DNA of 64,000 nt from contig CASGAB010000001.1 of NCBI GenBank assembly GCA_949299395.1, positions 77,194-141,193 of the forward strand. The letters run 5' to 3'. A program made the position numbers and the translations under genes. Of the stretch, positions 60,456 through 64,000 are shown one piece after another; position 1 is the stretch's first letter; each line of letters starts with the position of its first letter. The notes beneath the pieces are model-generated. The model made no database searches and was not told the origin of the DNA. It was given only the letters and a program-made list of their open reading frames with translations. The DNA comes from an uncultured bacterium. GTDB lineage: Bacteria; Bacillota_I; Bacilli_A; RFN20; CAG-826.

Positions 60456-61068
60456 TTAATTTTTCTTTAATGATTTTTATAGCATCTTCTAAAACCTCAT
60501 CAATTGTTTTAGAAGCATCGATAACTTTGATTCTTTCTGGATACTTTTTTGCTAAATCTAAGAAAGTTTGGCGAGTTGTATTATAAAAGGTGGAAGTTTC
60601 AAGATCTAAACGATTAACTTCGCGGTCTTTATTTTTATTAATTCTTTTTAAACCTTCTTCTGGATCCATATCAAAAAGAAGTGTTAAATCTGGTAAAAGA
60701 TTATCAGTTGCAAATAAATTAACTTTATAAACTTCATCAACTCCAAGATGTTTTCCCCCGCCTTGATAAGCTAATGAAGAATCAATATATCTATCACATA
60801 AAACGATTTTATTTTCTTTTAATGCAGGAAGAATTTTTTCGATTAAATGTTGTCTTCTAGAAGCAGCAAAAAGAAGTGCTTCGGTATGATCATCTAAATT
60901 TGTATTATTTTTATCTAAAAGAATTGCTCGAATATCTTCGGCAATTTTAACTCCGCCAGGTTCTCTAGTTAAAATGGTGTTAAATCCCATTTCTTTTAAT
61001 TTTTCATCAACTAATTTTGCGATTGTTGATTTTCCTGATCCATCAATTCCTTCAAAAGTAATAAACAT
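60442..61068 (-). CDS. tmk: Thymidylate kinase
   Basis: FITFEGIDGSGKST, REPGG, CDRYIDSSLAYQG; ends TGA-TAA. Confidence 0.96.
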   Translation of the reverse strand: MFITFEGIDGSGKSTIAKLVDEKLKEMGFNTILTREPGGVKIAEDIRAILLDKNNTNLDDHTEALLFAASRRQHLIEKILPALKENKIVLCDRYIDSSLAYQGGGKHLGVDEVYKVNLFATDNLLPDLTLLFDMDPEEGLKRINKNKDREVNRLDLETSTFYNTTRQTFLDLAKKYPERIKVIDASKTIDEVLEDAIKIIKEKLNESK

Positions 61069-61079
61069 ATTTTTCTTCC

Positions 61080-61676
61080 TTATTTTAAATCTGTACGATT
61101 TTCAATTGCTTTTAATAAAGTTAAATTATCGCTATATTCAATGTTACTGCCCATTGGAATTCCATGAGCTAAACGAGTAACTTTTACAGGATAATCTTCG
61201 TATATTTTTGCTAAATATAAAGCGGTAGTTTCGCCTTCTAATGTTGGGTTTGTAGCAATAATTAATTCTTTAATATTTTCTTTTTTAATTCGATAAGCTA
61301 ATTCATCAATTCTTAGATCTTTGATAGTTTTTCCTTTTGAAGAAGATATTTCACCATTTAAAACATGATAAATTCCTTTAAATGAATCCATTTTTTCGAA
61401 AGTTAAAATATCTTTTGGAAAAGAAACAACAATACAGATGTCGTGAGATCTATCACTTGAGCAGTATGGGCAAGAATCGCTATCAATTAATGCGCCACAA
61501 TTTTCACATTGATGGATTTTTTCTTTGGCATTTTGAATTGTATTAATTAAAAAATCGACCTTATTATCATCCATTTCTAAAATAGCATATGCCATTCTTT
61601 CAGCAGTTTTTTCACCGATTGAAGGGAAAGATTTGAAGGCTTCGGTTAAATTAATTATTGATAAAAGTTCTTTCAT
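61080..61676 (-). CDS. recR: Recombination mediator RecR
   Basis: PSIGEKTAER HhH, C4 zinc finger, ATNPTLEGETTA Toprim. Confidence 0.95.
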   Translation of the reverse strand: MKELLSIINLTEAFKSFPSIGEKTAERMAYAILEMDDNKVDFLINTIQNAKEKIHQCENCGALIDSDSCPYCSSDRSHDICIVVSFPKDILTFEKMDSFKGIYHVLNGEISSSKGKTIKDLRIDELAYRIKKENIKELIIATNPTLEGETTALYLAKIYEDYPVKVTRLAHGIPMGSNIEYSDNLTLLKAIENRTDLK

Positions 61677-61678
61677 TC

Positions 61679-61984
61679 TTAAAAGAACATTCCTCCAGGT
61701 TGTTGTTGGAATTTAGCAGCTAGTTCGTCTTCTTTAGCCATAATTTGTTCTTTTGCTTGGTTATAAGCAAGAGCAATTGCTTCTTGAACCATTTCTTTAT
61801 CATCTTTATTTAATGCATCTTCATCTAAAAAAGTAACTTTTTCTAAAGTAAAATCACCTTTTAAAGAAACTTCAACGATACCATTTGCTGTACCGGTAAA
61901 AATTGTTTCTTCTAAGATTTTGTGTTCTTTTTCGTATTCTCTTTGCATCTTTTTAACAGATTGAAGCATTTGTTGCATGTTCAT
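61679..61984 (-). CDS. YbaB/EbfC nucleoid-associated protein
   Basis: MNMQQML..KMQ; located between dnaX and recR. Confidence 0.88.
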   Translation of the reverse strand: MNMQQMLQSVKKMQREYEKEHKILEETIFTGTANGIVEVSLKGDFTLEKVTFLDEDALNKDDKEMVQEAIALAYNQAKEQIMAKEDELAAKFQQQPGGMFF

Positions 61985-61999
61985 AATAAATATTCTCCT

Positions 62000-63688
62000 T
62001 TATTTAAAATTTATATCATTGATATTAAGATCTTTAGCTTTAGGAAGCTTTTTAACTTCATCTAAATTACGATAAAGTGTGATTAAATTTGCAGATTCAA
62101 CTCTATCTAAAGCGTAAACTTTAATATTTTTACCAATAATCTTTGCTAAACATTCTTGGAATTTAGCTTGATTTTCTTTAATATTAACTAATTTTGCTCT
62201 GGTACTTAGGTTATAGGATAAGACCAAGATAGTATCAGTTAATAAATATGGAACGCCTTCTAAAAGTAAAGTGATAAAAGGTTCAAGTTTTGGATCTTTT
62301 TTAAATGGAATAAGTAGTTTCCATCTACTCATTAACTCTTTTTTAGCTTCTTTATTTGATAAAACAGTTAATTTAATTAAGTCGTCTTGATCAAGAAGAT
62401 AAGATTCTCCATCTTTTGCAACATCAATTTTATTTCCAAAAACATCTTCTTTTCCTTCGTTAAATATTGGATCGAGTTTAGAAATAGATTTAATGATTGT
62501 AGTAGGAGTTGGATTTTTTTCTTCTTTTGGCTCTTCCTTAACCTTAACTTCTTTAATAATTTCTTTAACGATTACCTTTTCTTTAACAGGTTCTTCCTTC
62601 TTTTTTGATTCTTCTTCAATAGTTTTATTAGAATCAATAAGTTTAATTAAATAAAGTTCGATTAAAAGGGGAGGGTTGTTTGTGATTTTTAACTCTTTTG
62701 TTAAATCTAAAAGAATATCAATCATTCTGGCGATTTCAGTATCGTTAAAATATTTATTAATTAAAGATAAATATAAATCTTCCTTTCCAGTGTTTACTTT
62801 TCTAGCAATTAAAGCATCTTTTAAAAGCATTAATAAATCGTTAATAAAGCGAGATAAATCGACGTTTTTTGATACTAAATTATTAAAAGAAGAAACTAAA
62901 TTTTGATAATCTTTATTTTTAATTAATTCTAAAAGTGAGATCTTTTCTTTTTTAGTTGTTAAACCAAATAAAGATTCAATATCTTTAGCATGAATTGAAG
63001 TATCGCTAGTAAACGAAATTAGTTGATCTAAAATCGATAAAGCATCACGAGCCCCACCATTAGCAAGTTCAACAATTTCATCAATTGCTTCTTTTTCATA
63101 TCCGATTCCTTCTTTTGTTGAAACATTAATTAAAAGAGCGGATAATTCTTCATCGCTTAATTTTTTAAATTCATATCTTTGGCATCTAGAAACAATAGTT
63201 GGTAAAACTTTATAAAGTTCAGTTGTACAAAGAATAAAAACAACATAAGAAGGAGGCTCTTCTAAAGTCTTTAATAGTGCATTAAATGCGCTATTTGACA
63301 TCATGTGAACTTCGTCGATGATATAAACTTTATATCTAGATTTAGTTGGAGAATATTTAACTCTTTCGATTAAATTTCTAACTTCATCAACCCCACTATT
63401 ACTAGCAGCATCGATTTCAATAACATCAGGAGAAGTTCCTTCACTAATTTCTTTACAGTTTGAACAATCATTACAAATGGAGCCAATTCCTTTTTCGCAG
63501 TTTAAAGCTTTAGCAAAAAGACGAGCAATCGAAGTTTTTCCGGTTCCTCTTGGTCCACTAAAAAGATATGCATGAGCAATTTTATTTTCTTTTAAAGCAT
63601 TTTCTAATGTTTTAACAATTGCTTTTTGTCCATAAACTTCCTCAAAAGAAGTTGAACGATATTTTCTATATAAAGCTAAATAAGACAT
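62000..63688 (-). CDS. dnaX: DNA polymerase III gamma/tau subunit
   Basis: ALYRKYR, GPRGTGKT, IDEVHM, NALLKTLEEPP, SRC. Confidence 0.96.
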   Translation of the reverse strand: MSYLALYRKYRSTSFEEVYGQKAIVKTLENALKENKIAHAYLFSGPRGTGKTSIARLFAKALNCEKGIGSICNDCSNCKEISEGTSPDVIEIDAASNSGVDEVRNLIERVKYSPTKSRYKVYIIDEVHMMSNSAFNALLKTLEEPPSYVVFILCTTELYKVLPTIVSRCQRYEFKKLSDEELSALLINVSTKEGIGYEKEAIDEIVELANGGARDALSILDQLISFTSDTSIHAKDIESLFGLTTKKEKISLLELIKNKDYQNLVSSFNNLVSKNVDLSRFINDLLMLLKDALIARKVNTGKEDLYLSLINKYFNDTEIARMIDILLDLTKELKITNNPPLLIELYLIKLIDSNKTIEEESKKKEEPVKEKVIVKEIIKEVKVKEEPKEEKNPTPTTIIKSISKLDPIFNEGKEDVFGNKIDVAKDGESYLLDQDDLIKLTVLSNKEAKKELMSRWKLLIPFKKDPKLEPFITLLLEGVPYLLTDTILVLSYNLSTRAKLVNIKENQAKFQECLAKIIGKNIKVYALDRVESANLITLYRNLDEVKKLPKAKDLNINDINFK

Positions 63689-63905
63689 AAATAATTTCTA
63701 GATAAAATTATAACTTATTTACTCTTAAATATTAATATTTAAGATTTCATAAATATTTATTTATTAAATGATATTTAATATAATAAAGCGCATGGAAAAA
63801 TTAGGCTTATTTTTTATTCATTTTGAACTATTTAAGACTACTTTAAAACGCATATAGCGTTAGTTTATTTATGATTAAAAAATGTTTTAAAGGAGGATTA
63901 AAAAT

Positions 63906-64000
63906 ATGATGGAAAAAAATATGTATGATAGATTAAAGGTTAGTGAAGCAAGAATTAAAGAAATCGACGAACTTTTATTAAAAGAAGAAACTTCTAAAGA
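63906..64000 (+). CDS. prfA: Peptide chain release factor 1, N-terminal fragment (runs off the window)
   Basis: SD AAGGAGG then MMEKNMYDRLKVSEARIKEIDELLL, resembling the RF1 N-terminus; only 31 codons visible. Confidence 0.6.
   Translation, partial: MMEKNMYDRLKVSEARIKEIDELLLKEETSK

Noticed and set aside
2887-62906. Short overlapping or antisense ORFs in the track (e.g. 2887-3087, 5778-6014, 19058-19315, 26228-26494, 47624-47965, 56160-56450, 62387-62608)
   Set aside because: They are shadows of well-supported genes, with no recognisable motifs.
1-64000. Genetic code 4 (TGA = Trp)
   Set aside because: Long genes are intact under code 11 and the conserved Trp residues I checked use TGG.
1-64000. 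CRISPR arrays, tRNA/rRNA genes, transposases, prophage genes
   Set aside because: No regularly spaced repeats, cloverleaf or rRNA signatures, or mobile-element proteins were seen.

Overview
A very AT-rich, probably origin-proximal chromosomal segment from a reduced-genome Bacillota bacterium. It resembles the uncultured Mollicutes-like Bacilli such as RF39/RFN20, which is an inference. It carries about 56 genes: gyrB-gyrA-serS-ffs-tadA, tldD/tldE, rpmE, metG, rlmD, pyrG, glyA, a minus-strand dnaX-ybaB-recR-tmk-holB...ricT-rsmI block, and the start of prfA. I saw no CRISPR array, rRNA, tRNA, transposase or phage genes. Main points of interest: (1) an unannotated ~365-nt structured RNA candidate at 58985-59350 (minus strand) with its own sigma-A promoter and a 13-bp closing stem, matching no family I recognise. 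(2) Signs of a non-standard code: only four in-frame CGG codons, at Trp-compatible sites, and near-absence of TGA stops. (3) A ~16-kb amino-sugar catabolic region with DeoR/AgaR-like operators, a sulfonate-type ABC importer, a TauE exporter, a LarA homolog, and TIM- and NagB-like enzymes with altered phosphate-binding loops. (4) An enoate reductase + aconitase X operon. (5) A 6S-like RNA rod. (6) A DUF1538 membrane protein with two PII-like proteins. All family calls come from motif recognition by eye, not database searches.
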